Shown: positions 26,926 through 37,619 of the stretch, piece by piece | Position numbering within the stretch: position 1 is the first letter of the stretch | Layout: the number at the start of each line of letters is the position of its first letter | Origin: an uncultured Candidatus Saccharibacteria bacterium | GTDB taxonomy: Bacteria; Patescibacteriota; Minisyncoccia; Phycocordibacterales; JACOZG01 | NCBI GenBank assembly: GCA_964648765.1 | Contig: CAZYLF010000002.1 | Span: 144,684-208,683, forward strand | DNA length: 64,000 nucleotides | Direction: 5' to 3' | The notes under the pieces: generated by a model | Database searches by the model: none | Seen by the model: the letters and a program-made list of their open reading frames with translations, nothing else | What the model was told of the DNA's origin: nothing | Made by a program: the position numbers and the translations under genes

Positions 26926-28944
26926 TTAGTTTTTTGCCCTTAATTCTTCTATCTTTTTTACCCTATCATTCAACTTCAACTCTTTGTAAATATTATATAG
27001 ATTTGGATCGTTGATTATCACCGTGCCAAAGCCCTCGGTAAGTAATCTGTCTGCCTCTTTTGTATTCCCAGAAATAAATAGGGAGAGGGCATAAAGTTTT
27101 CTCGCCTCCTCAAACTTTGGTCCAAGCTCGAAAGCTTTCTTAAATACTTCCACTCCTTCATTAATCTTGCCAGAACTAAGATAAGTTTGGCCAAGTTGGA
27201 ATAAGATAGTTTGCTTATTTGGAGAAGCAGCTACAGCTTGTTTAAGTACCGCAATCGCCGGTTCATAATTACCAGTAGCGCGAAGCATATTCCCTAAAAA
27301 TACTCTCACTCGAGCATCTGCAGGAAATTTTTCTACCTGTACTTCAAACTCTTTAACGGCAAGGGTGAAAAACTCTTGCTTGAACCTATCTTCATATTGG
27401 TTGCTACCAAGCACTCCGAGTGACAGGCTAGCCAATTGCTCCCTCGCCTCTCCAGAAACAAAAGTTTTAGCCTCTAAAATATTTTTGAAATAATCTAGAC
27501 TGTGTTGGTAGTTTCCATCTTGGTTTGGTGAAATTGCTTTTATTAATGTTTGCGAAGCGTTGATTGGTTTAATATTTACAAAATACAACGTGCCAATCAT
27601 TGCAATAATTACCGCAACACCTAAACCTTGGGTCAAAAATGGCTGGGGCTTGAAACTCGGTAAAATAGCCTGCCTATCAACCCCATTTCGCCAATTAAGG
27701 TAAGCAAGGATAGAAAAGAATGAGAGGTAGCTAATAAGTTGGTCGAACACAAAGATGTTGTGGAAAAAGTAACCCACCAAAAGGCCTGAAAATAAACTTT
27801 TCTCTAGCACATCCCAATCCTTAATTTTTCGCCACAGATAGTAAAACGCTGTAACAAAAAGTGATAAATATAAGCCCAACCCCAAAACACCAGCGCTAAT
27901 TAGCCAATCAAAAAATACATTGTGCGAGCGGTCAAACCACTGCTCTTGCGAATACATTTTTGGATCATAATACTTATTGAACAAAAACATATAATTATCT
28001 GGACCCCAACCAAGTACTGGATGCTCTTTAAATCCTTGCAAACTCATGTTCCAAATTAAAAAACGAGCATTGGTTGAGCCACTCGTGACAGAAATATTGG
28101 AAAACCTCCCAAGTACAGGATTCGATCTTATGAAATTTGAATCTTTAAAAGAAACAAACAAAATCAAAAATGCCACCATTATTCCAAGTATCCAAAGTGC
28201 CCACTTACGAACATTTTTATTATTTTTTTCAAAAAGCGTCACAATTAGTGTAGACAGCAGCACCCCACCAAAAAATCCAAGTAAGGACCCTCTGGTAGCG
28301 GTGTAGTAAAGATTAACAAATTGCAAGATAATAATTGGAGAATATAGATACCAAGCCCAGGAACCACCCTTTTCTTTTGCTTGTCGATATAAATAGATTG
28401 CTGTTATAAAAATATGCACCAACATATAAACGGCCAGATATGAAGCATTGCCGAGCGAGGCGTCCAAACGTGCACTGCTTTGATGAATCTCTGCTTTGCC
28501 GGCCAATTGTAGTAGTCCATGAATACCTACCATCACACTCGCACCAATTGAAGTATGCCAAAACCAAAACCAAGCCCTCTCGGTTTTTAAAATTGAAGTG
28601 AGAACAACAAAGTAGCCAAAAAGATGAATGAAAGATACTAAGCCCTCCATGCGCTCTTGATTAGACCAAAAGGCTCGGTATGGATCGATGGCATATGCAG
28701 TGGCGAGCGCCACCACTACCAAAAAAATTGTCACAAAACCCAAAAGCCATGTCTTTTTTGGTCGGTAATTTTCATCTCTTAAAGCTAATATGAGCCAAAA
28801 AGCAAATATGATTTCAACGATAATTCTAAAAGCGAAACTTTTACCCGTAATAAATGGGAAAAATAAAGATGGGCTGACAACCATTGGAAGAAAAAGGGTT
28901 GCCAAAAGTCCAATAACTATCCCCCACCGTAAAAATGAATTCAT
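26926..28944 (-). CDS. O-antigen ligase/oligosaccharyltransferase-like (Wzy_C) protein with C-terminal TPRs
   Basis: Multi-TM; LGNASYLA, TRGSLLG, PVLGWGPDNY, FDRSHN motifs; TPR-like tail. Confidence 0.85.
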   Translation of the reverse strand: MNSFLRWGIVIGLLATLFLPMVVSPSLFFPFITGKSFAFRIIVEIIFAFWLILALRDENYRPKKTWLLGFVTIFLVVVALATAYAIDPYRAFWSNQERMEGLVSFIHLFGYFVVLTSILKTERAWFWFWHTSIGASVMVGIHGLLQLAGKAEIHQSSARLDASLGNASYLAVYMLVHIFITAIYLYRQAKEKGGSWAWYLYSPIIILQFVNLYYTATRGSLLGFFGGVLLSTLIVTLFEKNNKNVRKWALWILGIMVAFLILFVSFKDSNFIRSNPVLGRFSNISVTSGSTNARFLIWNMSLQGFKEHPVLGWGPDNYMFLFNKYYDPKMYSQEQWFDRSHNVFFDWLISAGVLGLGLYLSLFVTAFYYLWRKIKDWDVLEKSLFSGLLVGYFFHNIFVFDQLISYLSFFSILAYLNWRNGVDRQAILPSFKPQPFLTQGLGVAVIIAMIGTLYFVNIKPINASQTLIKAISPNQDGNYQHSLDYFKNILEAKTFVSGEAREQLASLSLGVLGSNQYEDRFKQEFFTLAVKEFEVQVEKFPADARVRVFLGNMLRATGNYEPAIAVLKQAVAASPNKQTILFQLGQTYLSSGKINEGVEVFKKAFELGPKFEEARKLYALSLFISGNTKEADRLLTEGFGTVIINDPNLYNIYKELKLNDRVKKIEELRAKN

Positions 28945-28990
28945 GCCGAGTACTATAGCAATTAGATATCTTTTCGGCTAGTATTTTGTC

Positions 28991-30244
28991 ATGTTAGCAT
29001 CCATTAAAAATTGGGTATACAGGCTTCTGCGCAAGAGTGAGAAATATACTAAAACAGATATGCTATACCTAGCCAAGGGCGGTTTCTGGCTTTCCTTTGG
29101 ACAGGTCATATCCGCCGGCCTGTCATTTTTCTTATCTCTCGCATTTGCAAATCTACTGCCAGCCTCAGTTTACGGTACTTATAAGTTTATTTTGTCAACC
29201 GCGGGTTTACTTAACATAGCCACCCTAAAAGGAGCAACGACAGCAATCACTAAGTCAGTTGCCCAAAAATTTGACGGCGCTCTAAAGCAGCTAACCCAAA
29301 TTAGGTTGAAATGGTCCCTCCTTTCTTCATTCTTAGGCCTCACAATATCCTTTTGGTACCTCTACAACGGCAACACCACTTTAGGTTATTCTTTTATCTT
29401 AATTTCCCTTCTCTCTCCCATAACCGATGTGTTAAATGGAGTCGGCGCCTTCTTCCAAGGGAAAAAAGCGTTTGGGATAATGACCCGTCAATTTCTTACC
29501 TCTCACACAATTAATGTGCTGTCGCTTTTGGTTACCATATTTTTCACGGATAACATATTTTACATTTTACTAAGTTACTTTTTACCTCAAATTATATATA
29601 AATTCTTTAACTATCAAGCAACACTGAAAAAATACCCGGAAAATGATCGAACAGACCCAAATATTTTATCTTACACTAAAAAATTAAGCGCTATCAACAC
29701 TATTCCACTACTTGCATCACAAATAGACAAAGTTCTGATTTTCCATTATCTCGGGGCAGCTCCCGTTGCCATCTACTCCTTTGCCACAGTATTACCAGAA
29801 CAAATATTCGGTTTTTTTCATCATCTTAATATACTGGCTTTACCAAAATATTCGTCTCAAAATATTAGCGAATTAAGGAAAGCGGTTGTCAAAAAAAATT
29901 TGATGCTGTTGCCGATCCTAATAATAATTACTGTGGCTTATTATTTTATAAGCCCATATGTATACAAGGTATTTTTTCCACAATATACTGAGTCAATATT
30001 TTTATCACAGATATACATACTTTCAATTACGGGAGTTTTGTCATTTCTACCCACCACAGCTATAACTTCACAAGAAAAAGCTGGGTCGTTGGCGAAGGTT
30101 CGAACTGGTAGTTCCTTAACCCAATTATTTTTGACCTTCATTTTGATCACAAAATTTGGAATAATTGGCGCCGTGATCTCAAGAGTAATCGCTAAATTAA
30201 TTAATGTTTTACTCGGGCACTATTTATTATTTAAAACAAACTAG
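28991..30244 (+). CDS. oligosaccharide flippase (Wzx/MOP family)
   Basis: ~12 TM; YGTYKF, QIDKVLI..LG, FGIIGA motifs. Confidence 0.85.
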   Translation: MLASIKNWVYRLLRKSEKYTKTDMLYLAKGGFWLSFGQVISAGLSFFLSLAFANLLPASVYGTYKFILSTAGLLNIATLKGATTAITKSVAQKFDGALKQLTQIRLKWSLLSSFLGLTISFWYLYNGNTTLGYSFILISLLSPITDVLNGVGAFFQGKKAFGIMTRQFLTSHTINVLSLLVTIFFTDNIFYILLSYFLPQIIYKFFNYQATLKKYPENDRTDPNILSYTKKLSAINTIPLLASQIDKVLIFHYLGAAPVAIYSFATVLPEQIFGFFHHLNILALPKYSSQNISELRKAVVKKNLMLLPILIIITVAYYFISPYVYKVFFPQYTESIFLSQIYILSITGVLSFLPTTAITSQEKAGSLAKVRTGSSLTQLFLTFILITKFGIIGAVISRVIAKLINVLLGHYLLFKTN

Positions 30245-30248
30245 CGAC

Positions 30249-31358
30249 CTACCAATTCAGTGCATCCTTTGGAACCACAACATCAGCACCTAGCTCAATT
30301 GGTGAAATTTTTGAGATCAATTTTTCTAAATCTTTAGGTTTAATACCGTAACCAGGTCCCTTTATACCTAACATATCACGTGTAATCTTGTCCCCTTTTT
30401 TAATTACTATCTTAGTTACCACACTTTTTGCCAACTTTTCCCGTAATGGGATCAATTCATCATAAAGAATTTTTTTATTAGCTTGCCCCATAATCTGTTC
30501 AATTCTCCGGATCATACTAACTAAACTTTGAAATTCTTGGGGATTTAGTGAGGCAGCATGATCGCCCCCCTTCATGTTTTTATCAAGAGTAAAATGTCGC
30601 TCCACAACACAAGCTCCGTTGGATACAGCCGCTAATGTAGGAAGTAGATCCGTCTCGTGCCCAGAATAACCAACCGGTACGGGGTGGAATAAATCACGCA
30701 AAGTATCCATAAATCTTAAATTGATTTTATCCTCTGGTGATGGGTAAAGCGACAAACAATGGAAGATCACTACACGGTTATTATACTTCTGAACAGCACT
30801 TACCGCGTCTCGTATCTCCTCCTCAGTATTCATGCCTGTAGACAGCAGTACTGGTTTGTTTTTGGCAGCCACATACTCAATCAATGGGATGTTAATTGTG
30901 TCAGCGGAAGGAATTTTATAAGCATCAATATTTAACTCCTCAAGAAAATCCGCACTAACCTGATCCCACACACTAGCAAAAAATAAAATTTCTTTTTCTT
31001 CAGCATACTTTTTAAGTTCTTTGTACTGCTCCCGAGAAAATTCCAATTTGTCGCGATGGGCACCATAAGTTGGAGCAAAAGCATTAGGTGAATTATAGGG
31101 CTTGTCTAAACCCTCCTTGGTTAAAATCTCATGGGTGGTTCTCTTTTGAAATTTGACTGCGTCGGCCCCAGCTTTTTTGGCCTCATCGATCAATTGTTTA
31201 GCTAAAACAATTTCACCATTATGGTTAATCCCCACCTCCGCAATTACAAAAACCGGCTCTCCTGACCCCACATATGTTTTACCAATCTTTACCCGCGGAG
31301 CTGAAAAATGCGGAATTAAAGATTTTATCTTCTTCTTGGTTAGGTTAAAAAAATTCAT
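30249..31358 (-). CDS. neuB: nonulosonic acid (Neu5Ac/KDN-type) synthase with SAF domain
   Basis: IAEVGINHNG, DAVKFQK, GYSGHE, ERHFTLD..GGDH motifs. Confidence 0.92.
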   Translation of the reverse strand: MNFFNLTKKKIKSLIPHFSAPRVKIGKTYVGSGEPVFVIAEVGINHNGEIVLAKQLIDEAKKAGADAVKFQKRTTHEILTKEGLDKPYNSPNAFAPTYGAHRDKLEFSREQYKELKKYAEEKEILFFASVWDQVSADFLEELNIDAYKIPSADTINIPLIEYVAAKNKPVLLSTGMNTEEEIRDAVSAVQKYNNRVVIFHCLSLYPSPEDKINLRFMDTLRDLFHPVPVGYSGHETDLLPTLAAVSNGACVVERHFTLDKNMKGGDHAASLNPQEFQSLVSMIRRIEQIMGQANKKILYDELIPLREKLAKSVVTKIVIKKGDKITRDMLGIKGPGYGIKPKDLEKLISKISPIELGADVVVPKDALNW

Positions 31359-31397
31359 GGCACTTATGCTAGATAGTAGGCCACCCAAGTGACGGTG

Positions 31398-32120
31398 TCA
31401 ATGTATCTGTTTTTGATCTAATAAAAATTCATAATATTCCCAATCTTCGGGTTTGTTGATACCACTATAAGCTTTATCTAAAACCAGTGGAATGATTTTT
31501 TCACCAGCCATCATCCCCTTTTCCATTAAAGTTTTCCACCAAATTACATCCACATAGCCCACATGTTTATAAGCTTTGGGTAACTTGTGTTGAGGTAAAT
31601 TAAACGATTCTTTTTCTCCACCCACACTAAGTAACGGCTCCAGAAAACCTTCGTCCCCGACTTTGTACATTTTATATGGAGTTTGCTCTGGCTCGGAAAC
31701 TGTTCTCACTGAGTCTGCTTCGGGGTGATCGGCCAGAAGTTTAATAGCCTCATCAATCTCAACCACCGTCCTCAGGGGTGAGGTTGGCCTCAACTGAACA
31801 ATAATCTCTGGACGATAATTCTCCTTCTCGTCCAGCCACTTAAGAGCGTGCTGAAAGGCCATTAAGTCAGTCGCATCATCACCAGAAATTTCTTTGGGTC
31901 GCAAAAAAGGAACTTCTGAGCCTAAACTTTTAACCACAGCTGCAATATCCTCACTATCGGTCGACGTAATCGTCCGATCAATGTATTTTGACTTTTTGGC
32001 TTCGTCGACGGCATAGGCAATCAGCGGCTTACCGTTCAAAAGTTTAATATTTTTTCCGGGGATTCTTTTGGACCCACCACGAGCAGGGATAATGGCTAAG
32101 ACGTTAAATTGATCGATCAT
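31398..32120 (-). CDS. neuA: acylneuraminate cytidylyltransferase
   Basis: IPARGGSKRIPGKN, STDS, LRPTSPLR motifs. Confidence 0.9.
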   Translation of the reverse strand: MIDQFNVLAIIPARGGSKRIPGKNIKLLNGKPLIAYAVDEAKKSKYIDRTITSTDSEDIAAVVKSLGSEVPFLRPKEISGDDATDLMAFQHALKWLDEKENYRPEIIVQLRPTSPLRTVVEIDEAIKLLADHPEADSVRTVSEPEQTPYKMYKVGDEGFLEPLLSVGGEKESFNLPQHKLPKAYKHVGYVDVIWWKTLMEKGMMAGEKIIPLVLDKAYSGINKPEDWEYYEFLLDQKQIH

Positions 32121-32127
32121 GGTTGGA

Positions 32128-33489
32128 TTATAACTCTTTTTGAATTAAGTTAGCCAGCCGCAGTCCAGCTTCGCCATCAAAAGGTGCAACCATCCGTTCG
32201 ATAATTTTTTTCCGGCCATGGGCATGGAGTCGGGGATTTTCAATATAAGCTTCTATGTCTTGCTTAAGTTCCGTCTGACCGTATGCCACCTTAACTCCGC
32301 CCGTCTTCACTAATTCTTCAAAATGAGTATAGCGATCGTAAAATCTCTTCACGCTTTCCCAGTAATTAACTTCCGCACCAGAAATCACCCCATCAAACGC
32401 CACGCAAATAATGGGCTTACCCAAGACAGCACCGTCAATCGCGATAGTGGAAGCACCAGTAATAATCACATCAGAGTAATACAGGGACTCAACTAAACCA
32501 CTCTCATCCTCGCCGGAACCTTCTTTCACGTAATCCCCTTTTTGATCAAAGATAATACTGGGGTAATTCTTTAAATCTTTTTTCACTGGGAATTTGGGAT
32601 GTGTTCGATATAGCAATTGATAGCCTTCACCCAACTCTCGCAAAATTTCCTCGAAAACACCAGGCAACTCATTTTCATGAATAAATAAAAACTCCCCCAT
32701 CGCGCCGTAAAATAAAAGTTTTTTATCAGGATCAAGCCCCTTATCCCGGAAGAAGTCAGACCGACTTTTAGCCATTTTTAGTTTACTGGGATGTAGAACA
32801 TCATAATGCGGCACACCAAACAGACTAATTTTTGTGTCACTTTCATCTATCGCCTGGTGCTCCAAAGCCATTTCTTTTAAGAAAGTATTCTGTAATAAAA
32901 AAATATCTGGAACTACCCTAAGTAGACCATGACTGGAAAGATTATCCCAACTTCTCAGCAAGCCAATAGTTTTAATCTGTCTTTTTTTTGCCTCTCTCAT
33001 AATCAGCACCTCAAAATCATAATCCGTAATGGAAGTGCCGATTACGAAATTGGGAGAATATTTATTGAAAAGTTTTTCCAAAAAAACCTCCTGACCGGTT
33101 TTTAAAATTAACAATCGTAATAGTTTTTTATACCAACCAAAATTTCCCAAAGTTTTTTGCTGAAGCAACTTAAGATAAGTGGCCAAGAAACCTGAGTCCC
33201 CTCGTCGGTAAGACCTCATCTTAGACCAAGTATTAGTATGGGTATTGATAGCACTCCGCGCTAAAGACATTACCAAGCTCTCGGCTTTTGTCGGCTTTCC
33301 TCTTTTAAAACCTTCGACGATTACATTGCCTCCACCAAAATCACGAGCAAAAATAGCAACCTTGTCTGGCTCCACAATCAACACAATTCTATTTTGAGAA
33401 TTTCGTTCTTTAAAAATTTTCCAAAAGTCAGTGTAAAAAATATTACGAGCAATAATATCTTTAGCGAGTGTGATAAAGATGGTTTTCAT
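32128..33489 (-). CDS. GT-B fold protein (CDP-glycerol-phosphotransferase-like; candidate nonulosonate transferase)
   Basis: SWDNLSS, RTHP, ASTIAIDG motifs; adjacent to neuA; paralog of 38419-39756. Confidence 0.6.
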   Translation of the reverse strand: MKTIFITLAKDIIARNIFYTDFWKIFKERNSQNRIVLIVEPDKVAIFARDFGGGNVIVEGFKRGKPTKAESLVMSLARSAINTHTNTWSKMRSYRRGDSGFLATYLKLLQQKTLGNFGWYKKLLRLLILKTGQEVFLEKLFNKYSPNFVIGTSITDYDFEVLIMREAKKRQIKTIGLLRSWDNLSSHGLLRVVPDIFLLQNTFLKEMALEHQAIDESDTKISLFGVPHYDVLHPSKLKMAKSRSDFFRDKGLDPDKKLLFYGAMGEFLFIHENELPGVFEEILRELGEGYQLLYRTHPKFPVKKDLKNYPSIIFDQKGDYVKEGSGEDESGLVESLYYSDVIITGASTIAIDGAVLGKPIICVAFDGVISGAEVNYWESVKRFYDRYTHFEELVKTGGVKVAYGQTELKQDIEAYIENPRLHAHGRKKIIERMVAPFDGEAGLRLANLIQKEL

Positions 33490-33527
33490 GATGGCTGAAT
33501 AATAACAGAATTGTCATATTTTTATAT

Positions 33528-33556
33528 TTGACAAAAAAAATAAGTTAGTATATAAT
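33528..33556 (+). promoter_or_regulatory. perfect sigma70 promoter
   Basis: TTGACA-17-TATAAT. Confidence 0.8.
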
Positions 33557-33606
33557 TAGAGACGGAAATCAGACCTTTAACATAGTCTTTTTGAGAGGAG
33601 AAGGCG

Positions 33607-34611
33607 GTGGCAGATGTACTGTTCGTAACCAAGGATATTGCCGGGATGGCGCTGTTGCACCCACTGGCCAAAGCCCTGAAAGGGTTTGGGCACAAGATCA
33701 GAGTGATAGCCGAAGGCCAATCAATCAAAATGTGGGAAAAAGACACAGACAATGATGTGGTTAAAGCGGTCGGTCTAGAAACCGACACCGAGACCCTTAT
33801 CGGTCTTGTCGAGGCGTCTGACCTGATCGTCACTAGTCTGGGCCGACCAATTAGACTGGAAAAGATGGCCTCCATTCTCACTCGAAAATGGCCGAACAAA
33901 AAGCTGGTTTGGCATCCCGACATTTGGGGTGGCGAACGGCGGATCACCGAGGTCAAGCCTGACTTGCTACTGGTAAACGATACCAGGGTACCGATCGCAT
34001 CCCACGTCGCCGGAGCAATAGTAGCGGAAACTGGTAGTTGCTACCTTTATGGTTTAAATCAGGCTGATCGCGGGACAGCGATCGCCCGTCAACAACAATC
34101 ATCAGCGAGGTTGGCTTTCTTGGCTGGCCAAGGGGAATACAGCCTCGACTTTATCCACTGGCTCGCGGACTCTATTAAGCAATCCGTGCTGCCGTGGGAA
34201 GTGGTAGCCAGTCTACACCCAAAGTACAAAGCGGAGAGTTGGGCCCAAAAGTGGAATGAGTTACTCAAAACGGAACTGGCCGGACTGGTGACTGACCGTT
34301 TTGAGGGAGTCCCGCCAGATCATATCGCCACAGTAGCTAACATAACCGTGTCGGCCTACAGCACCGTGCTGGCGGCCAGTACGGCCTTTGTCGGCGGAGC
34401 AGTGTCAGTCTCCACCACAGCAACTCGTCAGGGTATGCTTGAAGGAATGGGCGTGGAGCGTTACCCACTCGCGGAAGTTGGCCTCGCCTACGAGGCTAAG
34501 ACCCCCCGCTGTCTCGAAGATCTCTTGACTGATCAACGACCAGCGGGAAGCCTGATTCCGAAAATCGACCCAGTCGAGACCGCCCTCAAAGCGGTAGTAA
34601 GCCTTCTGTAG
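33607..34611 (+). CDS. hypothetical divergent GT-B-like accessory protein
   Basis: GAGGAG SD; higher GC than neighbours; SLHPK and SAYSTVL echo the HP/ST motifs of the flanking transferases. Confidence 0.55.
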   Translation: MADVLFVTKDIAGMALLHPLAKALKGFGHKIRVIAEGQSIKMWEKDTDNDVVKAVGLETDTETLIGLVEASDLIVTSLGRPIRLEKMASILTRKWPNKKLVWHPDIWGGERRITEVKPDLLLVNDTRVPIASHVAGAIVAETGSCYLYGLNQADRGTAIARQQQSSARLAFLAGQGEYSLDFIHWLADSIKQSVLPWEVVASLHPKYKAESWAQKWNELLKTELAGLVTDRFEGVPPDHIATVANITVSAYSTVLAASTAFVGGAVSVSTTATRQGMLEGMGVERYPLAEVGLAYEAKTPRCLEDLLTDQRPAGSLIPKIDPVETALKAVVSLL

Positions 34612-34618
34612 GATCATT

Positions 34619-34670
34619 GGCCGGTGGACAGTCTTGTGTATTTACACTTGATTGCCCGCCGGCTATTTTT
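34619..34670 (+). terminator. long-hairpin terminator
   Basis: GGCCGGTGGACAGTC...GATTGCCCGCCGGCT followed by ATTTTT. Confidence 0.6.
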
Positions 34671-34675
34671 ATAAA

Positions 34676-35104
34676 TTATTTGTTGGGAATTTTGATAATC
34701 ATCAGTCTAGCCACCCCGTCGGCAAAATGCTGATGTGGCATGCCAGCTGGAATAAACAACCAATCCCCCCGTTTTAAGATAAAATGCTCACCCCCAGAAA
34801 TTTCTCCACCCCTAATCTCTCGCGGATTATCTGTTCCATCTTTTAATTTTGAAAAATAAGGATTGGCAATTTCTCCCCCACAAATAAAATTTGCCTCTCC
34901 CTCCAAACACAGCCACAGATCAGCTGAATCTAAATGAGTTTCAACTTTACTCTTAACACTAACATCTTCCAGAATGTTTAGTGGTAAGTTCAATTCTTTG
35001 GACAACGAATTAAACGGTTCCAAATTATTCTTACCTGGCATAGGCTGACTACCCCTCAACACGTTCTCAAGATAGTCAGCTTTGATTAAGGTGGCTTTAG
35101 TCAT
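34676..35104 (-). CDS. cupin-fold protein
   Basis: ETH..ADLWLCLEG and GDWLFIPAGMPHQH cupin motifs. Confidence 0.75.
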   Translation of the reverse strand: MTKATLIKADYLENVLRGSQPMPGKNNLEPFNSLSKELNLPLNILEDVSVKSKVETHLDSADLWLCLEGEANFICGGEIANPYFSKLKDGTDNPREIRGGEISGGEHFILKRGDWLFIPAGMPHQHFADGVARLMIIKIPNK

Positions 35105-35105
35105 G

Positions 35106-35846
35106 TTACTTTTTATTAGCCACACAAATAAGCGACAACCCGAAACCGAAATTAATATGATTCTCAACTACCTTAATCCACCGGTTAAGAATACTCCTGA
35201 TAAGTACGGGCAAGAAACCACCTTCTTTCCCCCGACTCTTCAGTTCAAGCTCTTTTTTAAAAATTTTTTCTGACACAAAATAAGGTAAAACACCGATCAT
35301 ATTCCAATACCTAATCTTTTGAACCACAAAACCCCTAGACTCGAGCAGTTTAGTTAAGCCGACTTTGGAATATCTCCGATAGTGACCATATTTAATATCC
35401 CTTTTACCAAACAGCCACTGATGAGCTGGGACAACTAAAACTAACTGACCACTGGGATTCAATTTACCAGAAATTCTTTCCAAGATTGAGCTGTCATTTT
35501 CTATGTGCTCTAAAACATCTAACATGGTAATTGAGTCGAACTTCTCAACAAAAATATTCTCTAGATCTTCAGCAAAGCCTTTACGTATATTTAAACTATT
35601 GGCATTTTGCTGAGAAAGAGCAACTAATTCATCGTTTGGCTCCAGACCAAAAACTTCTGCGCCCTTTGATTGCATCACCTTTAAAAACCCACCTGAACCA
35701 GAACCGATATCTAGTACCTTGGGACCAGAAACCATCGTAGACACTAGATTAAATAAATTCCAATTTCTAAAATCAGAACGGTTGTCTAAACCAATAAAAT
35801 AATGCTTGGAGAGACTTTCTTCAGAATCGTTATAAAAATTAGGCAT
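35106..35846 (-). CDS. class I SAM-dependent methyltransferase
   Basis: VLDIGSGSG, LDVLEHI, GHYRRY motifs. Confidence 0.88.
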   Translation of the reverse strand: MPNFYNDSEESLSKHYFIGLDNRSDFRNWNLFNLVSTMVSGPKVLDIGSGSGGFLKVMQSKGAEVFGLEPNDELVALSQQNANSLNIRKGFAEDLENIFVEKFDSITMLDVLEHIENDSSILERISGKLNPSGQLVLVVPAHQWLFGKRDIKYGHYRRYSKVGLTKLLESRGFVVQKIRYWNMIGVLPYFVSEKIFKKELELKSRGKEGGFLPVLIRSILNRWIKVVENHINFGFGLSLICVANKK

Positions 35847-35847
35847 A

Positions 35848-36450
35848 CTACTTAGACCCTTTAACCAAAATAAATGTTGGGGAAAGAAGATTCACAAGTT
35901 TGGTGATTTTAAAAAACAAAAAAATATAAGGAAAATACCCGAAAACTTTATAGCCCTCAAAGATCTTGGAAACCGTACTCAGGTTAAAGAATTGCTTGTG
36001 ATCTGGATTCTGAACTTTTTGAGGAGTCCACCCCCATAATCTCATAATGGGGTAAATCCAAAAGTGAGAGTTTGGCGTAGTAATAATAGAGACACCGGAA
36101 TTTTTTTTTATTCTTTCTATTTCCCAAAAGGTAAATTTAGGATTTCTAAGGTGCTCAACAACCTCAGTACACCAAATAAGGTCAAAGTTTTTATCTTCAA
36201 ATGGCATCCCCTTCTCAATGTCACAAACCAGAGCTCCCTCATAATTTGGGTCAATGTCCAGAGAGACAACCTGGTAGCCAAGCTTTTTTAATTCCTCCGA
36301 CCAATAACCATCTCTGCATCCAATGTCCAAAGCCTTCTTATTTAAACCATTTTTAGGTACATATGAAAAAGCTATCCTTTTACCAGCCGTGTCGTGCTTA
36401 AACTCCGCCTGACCCAAATCAACTGGTATTTTTTTTAGTAACGAGATCAT
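35848..36450 (-). CDS. class I SAM-dependent methyltransferase (type 11)
   Basis: ALDIGCRDG, FDLIWCTEVVEHL, ITTPN motifs. Confidence 0.88.
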   Translation of the reverse strand: MISLLKKIPVDLGQAEFKHDTAGKRIAFSYVPKNGLNKKALDIGCRDGYWSEELKKLGYQVVSLDIDPNYEGALVCDIEKGMPFEDKNFDLIWCTEVVEHLRNPKFTFWEIERIKKNSGVSIITTPNSHFWIYPIMRLWGWTPQKVQNPDHKQFFNLSTVSKIFEGYKVFGYFPYIFLFFKITKLVNLLSPTFILVKGSK

Positions 36451-36460
36451 TTTTATTAAA

Positions 36461-36691
36461 TCAAATTATATTTTTAAACTTATACAAAAAGTAACGCAAA
36501 ACAAAAGTTCCCCCAACAACCAAGGTTGTAGAGATAATAGTTGGAATATCAATTATATCAATCAGTAGCCACAGCAAAATAATATTCAAAACAGAAATAA
36601 AAATACTTACTCCAGAATAGTTAATAAAATCTTTAGAAAAAAATTCCTTAATGATTCTTTTTAAAAAATTGGGTGGTTTTATTTTATCCAT
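36461..36691 (-). CDS. GtrA-like small membrane protein
   Basis: FINYSGVS..LNIILLWLL; follows a GT2 gene. Confidence 0.65.
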   Translation of the reverse strand: MDKIKPPNFLKRIIKEFFSKDFINYSGVSIFISVLNIILLWLLIDIIDIPTIISTTLVVGGTFVLRYFLYKFKNII

Positions 36692-37619
36692 TCTTAATTA
36701 TTTCTTTAATGCCAGGCTCGAGGCTTTTAGGATCTCTCGCAACATTAAGTCTGATGATAATCTCTGCCAGCAAACCCATCAAGATAAACAAAACGCCAAC
36801 CACCATAAAAATGGAGACCAGAGTGGGGAGTGGTGTCCGATTAAAATGGACCCCCTCAATCACTCGATAATAGACCGCCCACAGAAAGATAAGTCCGGAT
36901 AAAAGTAAACTAACAAAACCAAAAATACCAAAAAAGTGCATTGGTTTGGATGAGTATTTATTAAAAAAATGGAAAGCTAAAATATCCAAAATGACTTTAA
37001 AAGTTCGGGAGATGCCATACTTAGACTTGCCGAACTTCCGGGGAGAATAGGACACTGGAGTCTCAATTACTCGAGCCCCCTTGTTTGCCAAATGAGCCAC
37101 TAGCATCCGATGAGCGTCACCCAACAATAAAACATTATTAAAAACCTCTCGGCGATAAATTCTAAAGCTCGAGCCATGATCATGTAGTTTAACACCAGTG
37201 ATGTAGGAAATTAATTTATTAGCTAGGACTGAGGGAATTTTTCTAGTAAAAAATTGCCCGGTCCAGCGATTAGTTCTCCAGCCCGATACCACATCATAAC
37301 CCTTATCAAACTCATTAAACAATAACTTTACGTCTTCAGGATTATTTTCTAGGTCACCATCAAGAGTCACAATTACATTACCACTAGCGTTGATCAAACC
37401 GGCCAACAAAGCCTTGGTCTGGCCATTATTATGAGCAAGTTTAATCCCCACCACAGCGGTCAGTTTTTTAATCTCACTAAAAGTCCCGTCAGTAGAGCCG
37501 TCATCCACAAAAATTATTTCAAAAGTTTTATTTAGATCACTCAAGGCCCGCGAAATCCTGCCGTAAAGTTCGGCTACATTCTTCTCTTCATTATAAAATG
37601 GGACAATAACTGAGATCAT
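36684..37619 (-). CDS. GT2 polyprenyl-phosphate glycosyltransferase (ArnC/GtrB-like)
   Basis: SVIVPFYNEE, VDDGSTD, LDGDL motifs; two C-terminal TMs. Confidence 0.9.
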   Translation of the reverse strand: MISVIVPFYNEEKNVAELYGRISRALSDLNKTFEIIFVDDGSTDGTFSEIKKLTAVVGIKLAHNNGQTKALLAGLINASGNVIVTLDGDLENNPEDVKLLFNEFDKGYDVVSGWRTNRWTGQFFTRKIPSVLANKLISYITGVKLHDHGSSFRIYRREVFNNVLLLGDAHRMLVAHLANKGARVIETPVSYSPRKFGKSKYGISRTFKVILDILAFHFFNKYSSKPMHFFGIFGFVSLLLSGLIFLWAVYYRVIEGVHFNRTPLPTLVSIFMVVGVLFILMGLLAEIIIRLNVARDPKSLEPGIKEIIKNG

